A stretch of 64,000 nt of DNA from an uncultured Collinsella sp. (GCA_900550415.1 URSO01000002.1:3657-67656); one strand, 5' to 3'. Shown: positions 48,413-59,028, counted from the stretch's first letter. The notes: generated by a model not told the origin, from the letters alone. Numbers and translations are program-made.

Positions 48413-49546
48413 ATGAGCACTTCGATTCAACCGAACGCGCCGTTTCGTGCCGATATCGTCGGCAGTTTTCTTCGTCCGCAGGCTGTAAAGGACGCCCGTG
48501 CCGCCTATGTCGCGGGTAAACTCGACGCTTCCGGCCTTAAGGCCGTCGAGGACGAGGCCATCCGCGACTTAGTGGCCAAGCAGAAGGCTGCCGGCCTGCA
48601 GGTGATTACCGATGGCGAGTTCCGCCGCAGCTACTGGCACCTCGATTTTATGTGGGGCCTCAACGGCATTGAGCGCCGCGCCTCGCGCACGGGCTACATG
48701 TTCCACGATGAGGAGACTACCGCCGACACCGCCGTGGTAACCGGTCCCATTAGCGGCGAGAATCATCCGTTCGTCGAGCACTTCAAATTTATCAAGTCGC
48801 TCGAGGGAGAGGGCCAGGTCGCGCGCCAGACCATTCCGGCGCCGATCCAGACGTTCTCCGAAGTCACACTCGACCGCTGCGATGGCCAGCAGGAGAGTCT
48901 GCACGCCGTCTACAAGACCGACGAAGAGCTCGTCGATGCCATTGCCGCAGCATACCGCACCGTGATTGCTGACCTGTATGCCGCGGGCTGCCGCAACATC
49001 CAGTTTGATGACTGCACCTGGGGCATCTACTGCGATACCGATTTTGTTGCCAAAACCGGCATGAGCCCGGTCGACCTGCAAAAGGTAAGCGAGCTGGGCG
49101 TGGCGCTCAACAATGTCGCCATCGAGGGCAAGCCCGACGATCTGGTTATCAACACGCATGTATGCCGCGGCAACTACCACTCCACCTACGCTTTTGAGGG
49201 CGGCTACGACCCCATCGCGCCGTACCTGTTTGCGCATGAGGACGTTGACGCGTTCTATCTGGAGTTCGACACGCCCCGCGCCGGTGGTTTTGAGCCGCTC
49301 AAGTACGTTGCTCCCGGCAAGAAGGTCGTGCTGGGCTTGGTGACCACCAAGGCGGCAGAGCTCGAGAACGAGGATGCTATCGTCGAGCGCATCCGCGAGG
49401 CGGCAAAGTACGTGCCGCTCGAGAACCTGTATCTGTCTCCGCAGTGTGGCTTTGCCAGCTGCGAGATTGGCAATAAGCTGACCGAGGACGAGCAGTGGGC
49501 AAAGATTGCGCTGGTCAGGCGTATTGCCGAGCGCGTTTGGAAATAG
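48413..49546 (+). CDS. Cobalamin-independent methionine synthase II family (YxjH-like)
   Basis: VGSFLRP, TDGEFRR, Zn ligands HVCRGN, LEFD, SPQCGFAS. Confidence 0.9.
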   Translation: MSTSIQPNAPFRADIVGSFLRPQAVKDARAAYVAGKLDASGLKAVEDEAIRDLVAKQKAAGLQVITDGEFRRSYWHLDFMWGLNGIERRASRTGYMFHDEETTADTAVVTGPISGENHPFVEHFKFIKSLEGEGQVARQTIPAPIQTFSEVTLDRCDGQQESLHAVYKTDEELVDAIAAAYRTVIADLYAAGCRNIQFDDCTWGIYCDTDFVAKTGMSPVDLQKVSELGVALNNVAIEGKPDDLVINTHVCRGNYHSTYAFEGGYDPIAPYLFAHEDVDAFYLEFDTPRAGGFEPLKYVAPGKKVVLGLVTTKAAELENEDAIVERIREAAKYVPLENLYLSPQCGFASCEIGNKLTEDEQWAKIALVRRIAERVWK

Positions 49547-49668
49547 CGCTAGCGTTTGCAGGTGGCGGCGCGTGCGAGGTACTGCATATCGCGTACAATG
49601 GTTCGGATCGTATCGTTCGGGCAGGTTATCCGATATGCCTGATCGCCCTTCCATTCGAAAGGACTTCC

Positions 49669-51003
49669 ATGTCCCAGTCTTCGACGCCCGCCGTCACCGA
49701 TGCCATCTACGATGCATCGTCGCTCGGCCGCCCGCGCATGTTTGTGTTGGGTTTGCAACACATGTTTGCGATGTTCGGAGCCACGGTGCTCGTGCCCGTG
49801 CTCACCGGCCTTTCCGTTTCGGCGACGCTTCTGTTCGCCGGCATCGGCACGCTGCTGTTTCATTTTCTATCGCGCGGTAAGGTGCCCGCGTTCCTGGGCT
49901 CGTCGTTTGCCTTTATCGCGGGTTATGTCGCCATTGCACCCAACGGCGAGGCCGAGCTTTTGCCCTACGCTTGTCTGGGCGTTGCCTGCGCCGGCCTGCT
50001 CTATCCGGTGCTGGCAACGCTGTTCCGCGCCTTTGGCGCCAAGCGCGTCATGCGCTTCTTCCCGCCGGTGGTGACCGGTCCCATCGTCATTTCCATCGGC
50101 CTGATCTTGGCAAGCTCTGCTATCGCCAACTGCCAGACCAATTGGCTTGTTGCCGTTGTCGCTGTGGCCGTGATCGTCATCTGCAATATTTGGGGGCGCG
50201 GCATGGTCAAGATCGTGCCGATTTTGCTGGGCGTTGTGGTGAGCTATGCCGTTGCGGCCGCGCTGGGCGAGGTCGACTTCTCTGGCGTCGCAGCCGCCCC
50301 CTGGGTTGGCTTGCCCGTCGTGTGGGACAACACCGTGTTTGCGCTCTTTGGACCGCAGTTCGATAGCGGTCTTGCCACGACGGCCATCATCACCATCATG
50401 CCGCTGGCCTTTGCAACTATGATCGAGCATATCGGCGATATCTCCGCCATTGGCTCTACCTGCGAACGCAATTACATTGCCGATCCCGGTCTGCACCGTA
50501 CCCTGCTCGGCGATGGCCTGGCGACCATCTTGGCATCGCTCTTTGGCGCCCCCGCCAATACGACGTATGGCGAGAATACCGGCGTGCTTGCCTTGACGCG
50601 TGTGTTCGACCCACGTGTGATTCGCATTGCCGCCTGCTGCGCCATTGTGCTTTCGTTCTGCCCCAAGTTTGCTGCGGTGATTGCCGCCATGCCGGCATGC
50701 GTTATCGGCGGTGTGTCGCTCGTGCTCTACGGCATGATCAGCGCCGTTGGTGTACGTAACCTCATCGAGAACCAGGTTGATTTCCAGAACAACCGCAACG
50801 TGCTGGTGGCGGCTCTGGTGCTCGTGCTTTCGCTCGGCATTGCCTACAGTACCGCCGGTGCCATCGTGCTGGAGCTGGGCGGCGTGACGATTTCGCTTTC
50901 GGGCCTTGCCGTGGGCTCGCTGGTGGGCATTGTGCTCAACGCCATCCTGCCCGGTAACGACTTTGAGTTCGATACTTCCGAGCTTGAGGAGACTGCTGAA
51001 TAG
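49669..51003 (+). CDS. NCS2 uracil/xanthine permease (UraA/PyrP-like)
   Basis: QH.FAMFGAT, FLGSSFAF, EHIGD, NTTYGENTG. Confidence 0.93.
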   Translation: MSQSSTPAVTDAIYDASSLGRPRMFVLGLQHMFAMFGATVLVPVLTGLSVSATLLFAGIGTLLFHFLSRGKVPAFLGSSFAFIAGYVAIAPNGEAELLPYACLGVACAGLLYPVLATLFRAFGAKRVMRFFPPVVTGPIVISIGLILASSAIANCQTNWLVAVVAVAVIVICNIWGRGMVKIVPILLGVVVSYAVAAALGEVDFSGVAAAPWVGLPVVWDNTVFALFGPQFDSGLATTAIITIMPLAFATMIEHIGDISAIGSTCERNYIADPGLHRTLLGDGLATILASLFGAPANTTYGENTGVLALTRVFDPRVIRIAACCAIVLSFCPKFAAVIAAMPACVIGGVSLVLYGMISAVGVRNLIENQVDFQNNRNVLVAALVLVLSLGIAYSTAGAIVLELGGVTISLSGLAVGSLVGIVLNAILPGNDFEFDTSELEETAE

Positions 51004-51023
51004 CAGCTGCGTTCAGCCAAATT

Positions 51024-51065
51024 AAAAATGGCGTCCATGCGTATGTACGCGTGGATGCCATTTTT
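51024..51065. terminator. Bidirectional terminator
   Basis: AAAAATGGCGTCCA...TGGATGCCATTTTT between convergent genes. Confidence 0.75.
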
Positions 51066-51729
51066 AATGCGTCAGTATCCAGTGGATGCCGCGTGCCATG
51101 CGCAGGTCAGTTTGGGTAAAGTGATTGCCGGGGTTGAGCTCCAGCGTTGTTGGAATGTCACGCTCGATAAACAGCTCTTCCATCGCGCGCGTATCGTCGA
51201 GTACGTGCCGCATCATGCGGTTGGGCGTCTTGGTTTCCTTTTTGCCGAGTGACAGATAGACGGCGTCGGGCGTAGCTGTCATCGTGCGCTCGCGCGCGTA
51301 GTCGATAAAGCCGGGGAACCACAGCGACCCCGATGCACTCGCCGCGCGCTCAAAGACATCTGTTTGCCAAAGTGCCCACAGTGCAAAAAGACCCGCCAAC
51401 GAGTAGCCGGCAACGCCGCGCCAGGTGGGCGGTTGCGGGAGCGATGATTCGGCCTCTGGGATTATCTGCTTCAACAACTCGTCAAGAAAACCAGCGGCCT
51501 GTCCACCAAAGGGCTCGGCATCGCGCACGGTACCGTCGCATACCCAGGGGCTCAGCTCGCGATTCCAGTTGAGGCTGCCAATGCCGACAAGCGTGAAGGG
51601 CGGGCAGTTGAGCTCTCGGCAGCGTTCATAAACCTCCGTGCCGTCGCCCATGACCACGGGAAGATAGATGACTGGTGCGCTTTCGGCATGCTGTGCATGA
51701 ACGGTTATCTGCTTTTGATGCGCTTCCAT
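51064..51729 (-). CDS. Alpha/beta hydrolase (putative esterase)
   Basis: GYSLAG nucleophile elbow, SGSLWFP, NPGNHF. Confidence 0.85.
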   Translation of the reverse strand: MEAHQKQITVHAQHAESAPVIYLPVVMGDGTEVYERCRELNCPPFTLVGIGSLNWNRELSPWVCDGTVRDAEPFGGQAAGFLDELLKQIIPEAESSLPQPPTWRGVAGYSLAGLFALWALWQTDVFERAASASGSLWFPGFIDYARERTMTATPDAVYLSLGKKETKTPNRMMRHVLDDTRAMEELFIERDIPTTLELNPGNHFTQTDLRMARGIHWILTH

Positions 51730-51936
51730 GACGGGCTTCTCTCGGCGTTGTGATATCGACGGCCCCCATTGTCGCACGCCGGCTCATGCAGGTTGGGCTA
51801 GACCAAAGACAATCTCGTGCATACCCTGCGGACGCATATGGAAAACGCCACCGCCGGAGGGGATCTCGGCGGTGGCGTTGTTAAACGGTGCTGGGACTCG
51901 GGGCCTTCGCGGGAGCTGCCATGTGCGCAGAGGCGT

Positions 51937-53727
51937 CTAAGAGCGCTTGCGGCTCGCCATGGTGCCTGCGGCGATAGCGGCTGTTCCCGCAAGGACGGTT
52001 GCCACGATGGCCGCACCCGAGGTGTCGCCGGTTGCCGCGAGCACGCCGGTAGTCTTGGCTTTCGTGATTGAAGCCGCAACGGCCTTGGTCGGCTTTGAGC
52101 ACTCAGGCTTGGGGTTCTGCTTGGACTCCGCGGGCTTGCTTTCTGCGGGCTTGGTCTCGTCGGGCTTGGGGTCTTCCGGCTTGGCTACCTCGGGAGGTGC
52201 GATGACCATGCTCTTGGCGACAGCTTCGTTATAGGGGGAGTCGATCACAGCGTCGCCCGTGCCGATGGCTTGGCCTGCCTCGTAGATGCCGTCACGGAGC
52301 TTGCGATAGTCAATGACCTTGCCGCCTTCGGGCGTCTGGATGGCGGCGTTCTCAATCTTGATGGTGCCGATTGTCTTGCCGTCAGCGCTCATGGCACGGG
52401 CAAAGATTGCCGCTGTATCTCCTTCGGCCGTTACCTTGCTGCGGATGATCGAGATGACTGCGGGTGTGACGCCCTCGCTGGTCTGGGCGATGATGCCGAT
52501 GTTCTCGCCTTGGGGCTCGGGGCTCGTCTCACCATCTTGGTTTTCGCTGTAGGGGATGGGGCCGTCGCCGTTCTCGACATAGCGGGCTATGGCCTTGACA
52601 ACGGAGTCGCTGATGTAGATGTGGCCACCCTCCTCGTTGGGTCGATCGTTTCTGGTGGAGAATGCAGCCGAAACCTCGCCTTCCGCAAACGCGTCCACGG
52701 TGGAGCCGTTCTTGACGACGATATCGTCTTGGTAGGTGAAGAGGGCAATGGCGTCACCGTATCTGCCTTTACTTGCGCGGACTGTCACGTTTGCATGATC
52801 GAGTGTGATGCCCTTGTGGGCATAGACGCCATATTCAACACCGTTTGCGTTGAGGGAGGCGTTTGTGGCTGCGAGGCTGCCCTTGGCCTCGACGGCGGCG
52901 TCTTTCTCGGAGCTCGCCTTGACCTGGCTGCCGTCCGAGATATTGATGTTGCCGCCGCTCCAAATGGCCTCACCATCGGCTGAGCTTGCCTCGACTGTGC
53001 CGCCACCCTTGATGGTGAGGTTCTTGTCGGTTCCGATACCCTTGTCCTTGGTAGCCCTGGCGGTGACGGCCCCGCTGTCGTCAATCGTGATATTGCCGTT
53101 TGCCCTGATGCCATCCGATACGCCCGTGGCGTTGACGTTGCCCGAACCTTTGATAGCGAGATCGCCCTCGGCGTCGATGGCATCAAACCCAGCGCTCGTG
53201 GCGTTGACGGATCCGGCTCCGTCGATGTTGATATTACCCGTGGAGAGGATAGCGTCCTCAGTAGATGTCACGCTGAGCGTGCTGCCCGCGTCGCCTTGGA
53301 TATTGAGCTCGGCGTTCTCATTCTTGCCATGAGAAGCCTTGATGCCTTCGATCCAGTCGGCAGTGACGATGTTGTTTCCCGAGTAATTCACGTTGAGCTT
53401 GCCTGCGGCCTGGATCTCGCCGCCGTTATAGTTGTTGAGCTTCAAGTCGTCGGCGCCGTCCCACGACCAGGTGCCGGTCTCGTCGCCCGCCGCAGTGCCG
53501 GCGTTGTATTTGGTTTCGCCGACCTTGACCCATTCCGCCGCGAGCGAGACGCTCGGCATGAGCAGCGAGCTCACCGTGAGCGCGCACACGGCGCCTACGA
53601 CGATGCGGCGCGTCACGCGGCGCCAGCTGCCGTGCGCGAGTCCTATGCGACGGCGAACGTCGGGTTCGGCAACATGGGTTCCGGCGGTAGTGTCATTGCG
53701 TTTGGGGGTCGTGAACAAGGCTGCCAT
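51937..53727 (-). CDS. Sortase-anchored surface protein with beta-helix-like repeats (paralog B)
   Basis: Long signal peptide, DAI.A.G...I.G.G.V.A repeats, KP-rich linker, LAATG + TM + RKRS tail. Confidence 0.85.
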   Translation of the reverse strand: MAALFTTPKRNDTTAGTHVAEPDVRRRIGLAHGSWRRVTRRIVVGAVCALTVSSLLMPSVSLAAEWVKVGETKYNAGTAAGDETGTWSWDGADDLKLNNYNGGEIQAAGKLNVNYSGNNIVTADWIEGIKASHGKNENAELNIQGDAGSTLSVTSTEDAILSTGNINIDGAGSVNATSAGFDAIDAEGDLAIKGSGNVNATGVSDGIRANGNITIDDSGAVTARATKDKGIGTDKNLTIKGGGTVEASSADGEAIWSGGNINISDGSQVKASSEKDAAVEAKGSLAATNASLNANGVEYGVYAHKGITLDHANVTVRASKGRYGDAIALFTYQDDIVVKNGSTVDAFAEGEVSAAFSTRNDRPNEEGGHIYISDSVVKAIARYVENGDGPIPYSENQDGETSPEPQGENIGIIAQTSEGVTPAVISIIRSKVTAEGDTAAIFARAMSADGKTIGTIKIENAAIQTPEGGKVIDYRKLRDGIYEAGQAIGTGDAVIDSPYNEAVAKSMVIAPPEVAKPEDPKPDETKPAESKPAESKQNPKPECSKPTKAVAASITKAKTTGVLAATGDTSGAAIVATVLAGTAAIAAGTMASRKRS

Positions 53728-53931
53728 GGTTGCTCCCGTTCTCATAGGGCCTATACGGCTAGGTTCAGCGTATCTGCTGGATGTTGCCGGCGGTAGTGCC
53801 GTTTGGAGGGCAAAATGGCCAAAATGGGGGAGAAATAGGCCGCACGCCGGCGCAGGGACCGACGCTAAAAGAAAAGCGCGGGGCCGCATGGCGACTCCGC
53901 GCTTTATTGTTCAGCTTTTGCAGCCTTGCCC

Positions 53932-53977
53932 TTACGCTACGAAGAAGTAGACGGGGAAGGCAAGGGCTGCGATCCAC
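53932..53977 (-). repeat. Duplicated 3' end of the NCS2 permease gene
   Basis: Near-identical to 55982..56027; translates WIAALAFPVYFFVA vs WIAAFAFLVYFFVA. Confidence 0.85.
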
Positions 53978-53998
53978 CCGTCCTGTGCGAAAAAGTGT

Positions 53999-55774
53999 TT
54001 ACGAACGTTTGCGACTCGCCAGGGCGCCTGCGGCGATGGCGGCTGTTCCCGCAAGGGCGGCTGCCACGATGGCTGCGTTCGAGGTGTCGCCGGTTGCCGC
54101 GAGCTTGCCGACGGTCTTGGCTCCCTTGGCTGCAACTGCAACGGTCTTGGTTGTCTTCGTGCCCTCGGACTTGGAACCCTCGGGCTTGGTCTTGCCGTGC
54201 TTTTCCTCGGGCTTGGTCTCCTCGGGAGGCACGATGACCGTGCTCTTGGCGACAGCGGCGTCATAGGGGGAGTCAATCGTGGCATCGCCCGTGCCAATGG
54301 TCTGCCCCGCCTCGTAGACGATGCCGTCGCTGAGCTCTTCCTTGTTGCGATAGTCAATGACTTTGCCGCCTGCGGGCGTCTGGATGATGGCGTCCTTGAT
54401 TTCGATGGTGCCGATCGCCTTGCCGTCCGCGCTCATGGCAAGGGCGAAGATAGCCGCCGTGTCTCCCTCGGCCGTGACCTTGCTGCGGACGATCGAGATG
54501 GTCGCGGGCGTGATGCCCTTCTCGGTCTGCGCGAAGATGCCGATGTTCAGGCCCTCGGACTCAGGGATGATTTCGTCGTTTTGGTCTCCACTGTAGTGGT
54601 CGGGGCCGTCGCCGCCGGTCTCGGCATAGCGGGCTATGGCCTTGACAACGGAGTCGCTGATGTAGATATGGCCACCCGCTTCGTCGGAGTAGAAATTACT
54701 GGTGGAGATTGCAACCGAGAACCTGCCTTCTGCGAGCGCATCCACAGTCGAGCCGTTCTTGATGACGATGTTGTCCTCATCGGTGAAGAGTGCGCTGGCT
54801 TCCCCGCCATCTGAGCTTGCGCGGACCGTCACGGTCGCGCCATCGAGCGTGATGCCCTTGTAGACATAGATGCCATACCCAACGCCACTTGCGTTGAGGG
54901 AAGCGTTCGTGACCGTGAGGCTGTTTTTACCGTCGATGGCGGCGTCTTCCTCGGAGCTTGCCTTGACCTGGCTGCCACCCGAGATCTCGATGTTGCCGTC
55001 GGCCCAAATCGCATTGTCTTTGATAGAGCTTGCCTCTACCTTGCCGCCGCCCTTTATGATGAGGTTCTCGTTAGCATCGATACCCTGATCCTCGGTGGCC
55101 TTGGCGGTGACGGTTCCGCTGTTGTCGATCGTGATGTTGCCGTCGGCCCTGATGCCATCCGAATCGCCCGTGGCGTTAACGTTTCCCGAGCCCTTGATGG
55201 TGACATCGCCCCCGGCATCGATGGCATCGTGCTCGGTGCTCGTGGCGTTGACAGTGCCAGCGCCGTCGATGTTGATGTTGCCGACGGAAGTGATGGCGTC
55301 ACGAGAAGATGTCACGTTGAGCGTGCTGGACGCGTCGCCCTGAATATTAAGCTCGGCGTTCTCGTTCGCGCCATCCTTAACCTTGATGCCGCGGCCGTTG
55401 TCGTTAGTGACGGTGTTGTTGCCCTCGTAGCTCACGTTGAGCTTGCCCGCTGCCTCGATCGCGCCGCCGTTATAGCCGTTGAGCTTCATGTCATCGGCGC
55501 CATCCCATGACCAGGTACCGGCGGCGTCTCCCGTGGGGCCCGCGGCCGCTTCGTGGCGGACGCCGCCAACGTCCACCCACTCGGCTGCGAGCGAGATGCT
55601 CGGCATGAGCAGCGAGCTTACCGTAAGCGCGCATACGGCGCCTACAACGATGCGGCGCGTCACGCGGCGCCAGCTGCCGTGTGCGAGCAGCGTGCGACGG
55701 CGCAGGTCGGGCTCGACAAAATGGGCTCCAGAGGTTTTGTCATTGCGCTTGGGGGTCGTGAACAAGGCGGCCAT
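53999..55774 (-). CDS. Sortase-anchored surface protein with beta-helix-like repeats (paralog A)
   Basis: Same architecture as paralog B with near-identical N- and C-termini; LAATG motif. Confidence 0.85.
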   Translation of the reverse strand: MAALFTTPKRNDKTSGAHFVEPDLRRRTLLAHGSWRRVTRRIVVGAVCALTVSSLLMPSISLAAEWVDVGGVRHEAAAGPTGDAAGTWSWDGADDMKLNGYNGGAIEAAGKLNVSYEGNNTVTNDNGRGIKVKDGANENAELNIQGDASSTLNVTSSRDAITSVGNINIDGAGTVNATSTEHDAIDAGGDVTIKGSGNVNATGDSDGIRADGNITIDNSGTVTAKATEDQGIDANENLIIKGGGKVEASSIKDNAIWADGNIEISGGSQVKASSEEDAAIDGKNSLTVTNASLNASGVGYGIYVYKGITLDGATVTVRASSDGGEASALFTDEDNIVIKNGSTVDALAEGRFSVAISTSNFYSDEAGGHIYISDSVVKAIARYAETGGDGPDHYSGDQNDEIIPESEGLNIGIFAQTEKGITPATISIVRSKVTAEGDTAAIFALAMSADGKAIGTIEIKDAIIQTPAGGKVIDYRNKEELSDGIVYEAGQTIGTGDATIDSPYDAAVAKSTVIVPPEETKPEEKHGKTKPEGSKSEGTKTTKTVAVAAKGAKTVGKLAATGDTSNAAIVAAALAGTAAIAAGALASRKRS

Positions 55775-55981
55775 GGTTACTCCCATCCTCATAGGGCCTA
55801 TGCGGCTACATCCAGCATATCTGCAGGATGTAGCCGTCGGTAGTGCCGTTTGGAGAGCAAAACGTCCAAAACTTGCGAAGCAATACATCGCGTGTCCGTG
55901 TGGTGCCTGGCTTTAAAAGCAAAGCGCGGAGCCGCTCGATGCGACTCCGCGCTTTGCTGTTTGGTATTGCGAATCTTGCGC

Positions 55982-57295
55982 CTACGCTACAAAGAAGTAG
56001 ACGAGGAAGGCGAAGGCTGCGATCCACATGAGCGGCTTGATCTTGGAGGCCTCGCCCTTAAAGAGCGCGACGATCACGTAGGCGATAAAGCCCAGGCCAA
56101 TGCCGGCAGAGATGGAGTAGGTGAAGGGCACGCCGGCGACAATCATGAACGCCGGGAAACCCTGCGACACGTCGGACCAGTCGATCTCGGAGGCCTCGCT
56201 CATCATGAGGTAACCGACGTAGACCAGAGCACCGCAGGTGGCGGCGCTGGAAACGATGGTGACGATGGGGGAGAAGAACGCGGCGAGAATGAACAGCACG
56301 CCGGTGGTGACGGAGGTGAGGCCCGTGCGGCCACCGTCGGCAGCGCCAGAGGTGGACTCGACGAAGGTGGTGATGGAGGAGACGCCCATAAAGCCACCGG
56401 CAGCAGCGGCCACGGAGTCGACGACCAGGATGGGACGGATGTCCTCGACATTGCCGTCCTCGGTCAAGAACTCGCCCTGCTTGGCGACGGCCATCGCGGT
56501 GCCCATGGTGTCGAAGAAGTCGCTCATGAGCAGCGAGAAGGCAACGACGAGCAGCATCGGGTCGGTCAGGACCTTCACGATGGCAAGGTTGCCGTCGGCA
56601 GTGCTGGCAAACGGGGCGCCGAAGGTCGAGAAGTCGAGCGGTGCGATGAGGCCCTCGGGCGCATGGGTGACGCCCAGCGGGATTCCGGCGATAACGGCGA
56701 CGATGATGCCGATGAGCAGCGAGCCCGGCACGTTGCGGGAAGCCAGGGCAACCGTCACGACGATGGAGATGATGCCGACGATAAAGGTGGGGGAGGCGAT
56801 GTCGCCCAGGCCGACGAGCGTACCGGCGCCAGCGGTGATGATGCCGGCGTCGCACAGGCCGATCATGGCGATAAACAGGCCCAGACCCACCGAGATGGCG
56901 TGGCGCAGGACCACGGGGATGGCGTCCATGATGGCCTCGCGCAGGCCGCACAGGACGAGCAGCAAGATGACGATACCCTCGAGGAAGATAACGCTCATGG
57001 CCACGTGCCAGTCGCCGCCGCACATGGTGGTGGCGATGCCCGCGATCATGGCGTTGATGCCCAGACCCGACGCGCAGGCGAGCGGGCGGTTGGCGAAGAT
57101 GCCCATGCAGATGGTCATGATGCCGGCGCCCAGGCAGGTGGCGCAGGCGAGCGCTCCCGCATCAATGCCAGCGCCCGAGAGCACTGCGGGGTTGACGGCG
57201 ATGATGTAGGCCATCGCCAGGAATGTTGTCAGTCCAGCGCGAAGTTCGGTCCCGATTGTGGACTTGCGCTCACTGACGTGAAAAAGTTCGTCCAT
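55982..57295 (-). CDS. NCS2/AzgA-like purine permease
   Basis: E..AGLTTF.AMAYI..VNP, DFFDT.GT, ES.SG...GGRTGL, PFTYSI. Confidence 0.93.
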   Translation of the reverse strand: MDELFHVSERKSTIGTELRAGLTTFLAMAYIIAVNPAVLSGAGIDAGALACATCLGAGIMTICMGIFANRPLACASGLGINAMIAGIATTMCGGDWHVAMSVIFLEGIVILLLVLCGLREAIMDAIPVVLRHAISVGLGLFIAMIGLCDAGIITAGAGTLVGLGDIASPTFIVGIISIVVTVALASRNVPGSLLIGIIVAVIAGIPLGVTHAPEGLIAPLDFSTFGAPFASTADGNLAIVKVLTDPMLLVVAFSLLMSDFFDTMGTAMAVAKQGEFLTEDGNVEDIRPILVVDSVAAAAGGFMGVSSITTFVESTSGAADGGRTGLTSVTTGVLFILAAFFSPIVTIVSSAATCGALVYVGYLMMSEASEIDWSDVSQGFPAFMIVAGVPFTYSISAGIGLGFIAYVIVALFKGEASKIKPLMWIAAFAFLVYFFVA

Positions 57296-57488
57296 GCATA
57301 CCCTTTCCTTGTTCGGCCCCGAGTTTAGGCCGATTGACACGAACTCATTTACTATATCGCCTTTACAACCTTGCTGTTCCTCGCATGTTGATGTTCGGCG
57401 CTTTGTAACAGACGGACGGTATTTATCGCATGAAAATGTGTGGGTACCGTATACTTAAGCGGTTACAACGACCCCTATGGAGGAACGT

Positions 57489-57908
57489 ATGATTAAAGAG
57501 CTTTGCCACGACGAGGCTATCCTGTCCCAGCGTTGCGAGGTTGCGACCGTCGAGGACGAGTCGGTTGCTCAGGACCTGATCGATACCATCAAGTCGCTCG
57601 ATGATGCCGGCTGCTTGGCCGCCAACCAGATCGGCGTTACCAAGAAGGTCTGCGTCTACCTGGACGACGCCGGCGAGCCTCACGTGCTCTACAACCCCCG
57701 TCTGGTGTTTGGCCTGGGCGCCAGCAAGATGGAGGAGAGCTGCCTGACGCACGAGGAGGTCACCAAGTCCACGCGCTATATCAAGTGCAAGGTTGCCTTT
57801 GACCAGATCGTCGATGGCAAGATGCGCGAGCGCAAGCAGGACTTTGTGGGCTTCGAGGCGCAGATGGTCCAGCATATGATCGACCACTGTCTTGGAAAGC
57901 TGGTCTAA
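57489..57908 (+). CDS. Peptide deformylase-like protein with degenerate motifs
   Basis: GCLAANQIG, EESCLT and QHMIDH in place of GxGLAAxQ, EGCLS and HExDH. Confidence 0.8.
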   Translation: MIKELCHDEAILSQRCEVATVEDESVAQDLIDTIKSLDDAGCLAANQIGVTKKVCVYLDDAGEPHVLYNPRLVFGLGASKMEESCLTHEEVTKSTRYIKCKVAFDQIVDGKMRERKQDFVGFEAQMVQHMIDHCLGKLV

Positions 57909-58039
57909 GGGGACCAAAGCACCGCACTTCGTCGTTTTTGTCCCGGGCGTGACATTGTTGTCATGTCCGGGCTTTTGTGTTTAGCGCCTTTTTGTTTGGT
58001 GACAATAACCTTAGCAAGAACGTAAAGCTAGGAGGCGCT

Positions 58040-59005
58040 ATGTGTACGAGCATTCGATTTACCGATAATTCTGGCCACATGTATCTGGGCCGCAACCTCG
58101 ACTGGAGCTTTGACTACGGCCAACAGGTTCGCGTGATGCCGCGCGGGTTTCACATTCCGTATTCGTTTATCGACGATGCGTCGGCGGCACACGCGGTAAT
58201 CGGCATGTGCATCGATTACAAGAACTATCCCATGTTTTTCGACTGTGGTAACGATGCGGGTCTGGCTGTGGCGGGGCTCAACTTTCCCGGCTATGCCGAG
58301 TATGCCGAGGGCCCTGTCGACGGCAAGAACAATATCGCGGCCTATGAGTTTCCCCTGTGGGTGGCAGCGACGTTCTCGACGGTCGATGAGGTCGAGGCCG
58401 CGCTGCGCGACACGGTGATTGTCGCCAAATCTGCCGGAGAGGGGCTGGGCGTGTCGCTGCTCCATTGGATTATCGGCGACAGCCAGCGCAGCATCGTGGT
58501 CGAGATGATGGCTGACGGCCTGCATGTATACGACAATCCGGTCGACACCCTTGCCAACCAGCCGACCTTCCCGTGGCACATGGAAAACCTGCGCACCTAT
58601 ATCACCGCCACAAGCGATTTTCCGCAGACGGCGACATGGCGTGGCGCCGAGCTTAAGCCCTATGGAGCCGGTGCCGGCATGCGCGGCATTCCGGGCGATT
58701 GCTATTCGCCGAGCCGTTTTGTAAAGGCGGCGTACCTCAATGCCAATTACCCGCAAAAGGAGAGCGAGACCGAAAACGTCGTTCGCATGTTCCGCTCGCT
58801 CGAGGGCGTGGTGATGATTGAGGGGGCGTCCAGGATGGGCGATGGCAAGTTCGAGAAGACTATCTATACCGGATGCTTTAGCGCGCGCACGGGCAATTAT
58901 TACTACGCGATGTATGGGGATCCGTCGATTCGTTACGTGAGCCTGATGGATGCCGAGGGCGCGAGCCCCGATAGGCTCGTGGTTCCCGAGCCGCGTCGTT
59001 CGTAG
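58040..59005 (+). CDS. bsh: Choloylglycine hydrolase / bile salt hydrolase (Ntn hydrolase)
   Basis: N-terminal nucleophile MCT, GRNLDW, N..GL..AGLNF, PGD..S.SRF; RBS GGAGG. Confidence 0.85.
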   Translation: MCTSIRFTDNSGHMYLGRNLDWSFDYGQQVRVMPRGFHIPYSFIDDASAAHAVIGMCIDYKNYPMFFDCGNDAGLAVAGLNFPGYAEYAEGPVDGKNNIAAYEFPLWVAATFSTVDEVEAALRDTVIVAKSAGEGLGVSLLHWIIGDSQRSIVVEMMADGLHVYDNPVDTLANQPTFPWHMENLRTYITATSDFPQTATWRGAELKPYGAGAGMRGIPGDCYSPSRFVKAAYLNANYPQKESETENVVRMFRSLEGVVMIEGASRMGDGKFEKTIYTGCFSARTGNYYYAMYGDPSIRYVSLMDAEGASPDRLVVPEPRRS

Positions 59006-59028
59006 CTCACTGGTCCGTTGCGACATAA

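Noticed and set aside
57296..57480. Purine riboswitch upstream of the AzgA-like permease
   Set aside because: No purine aptamer consensus visible on the minus strand
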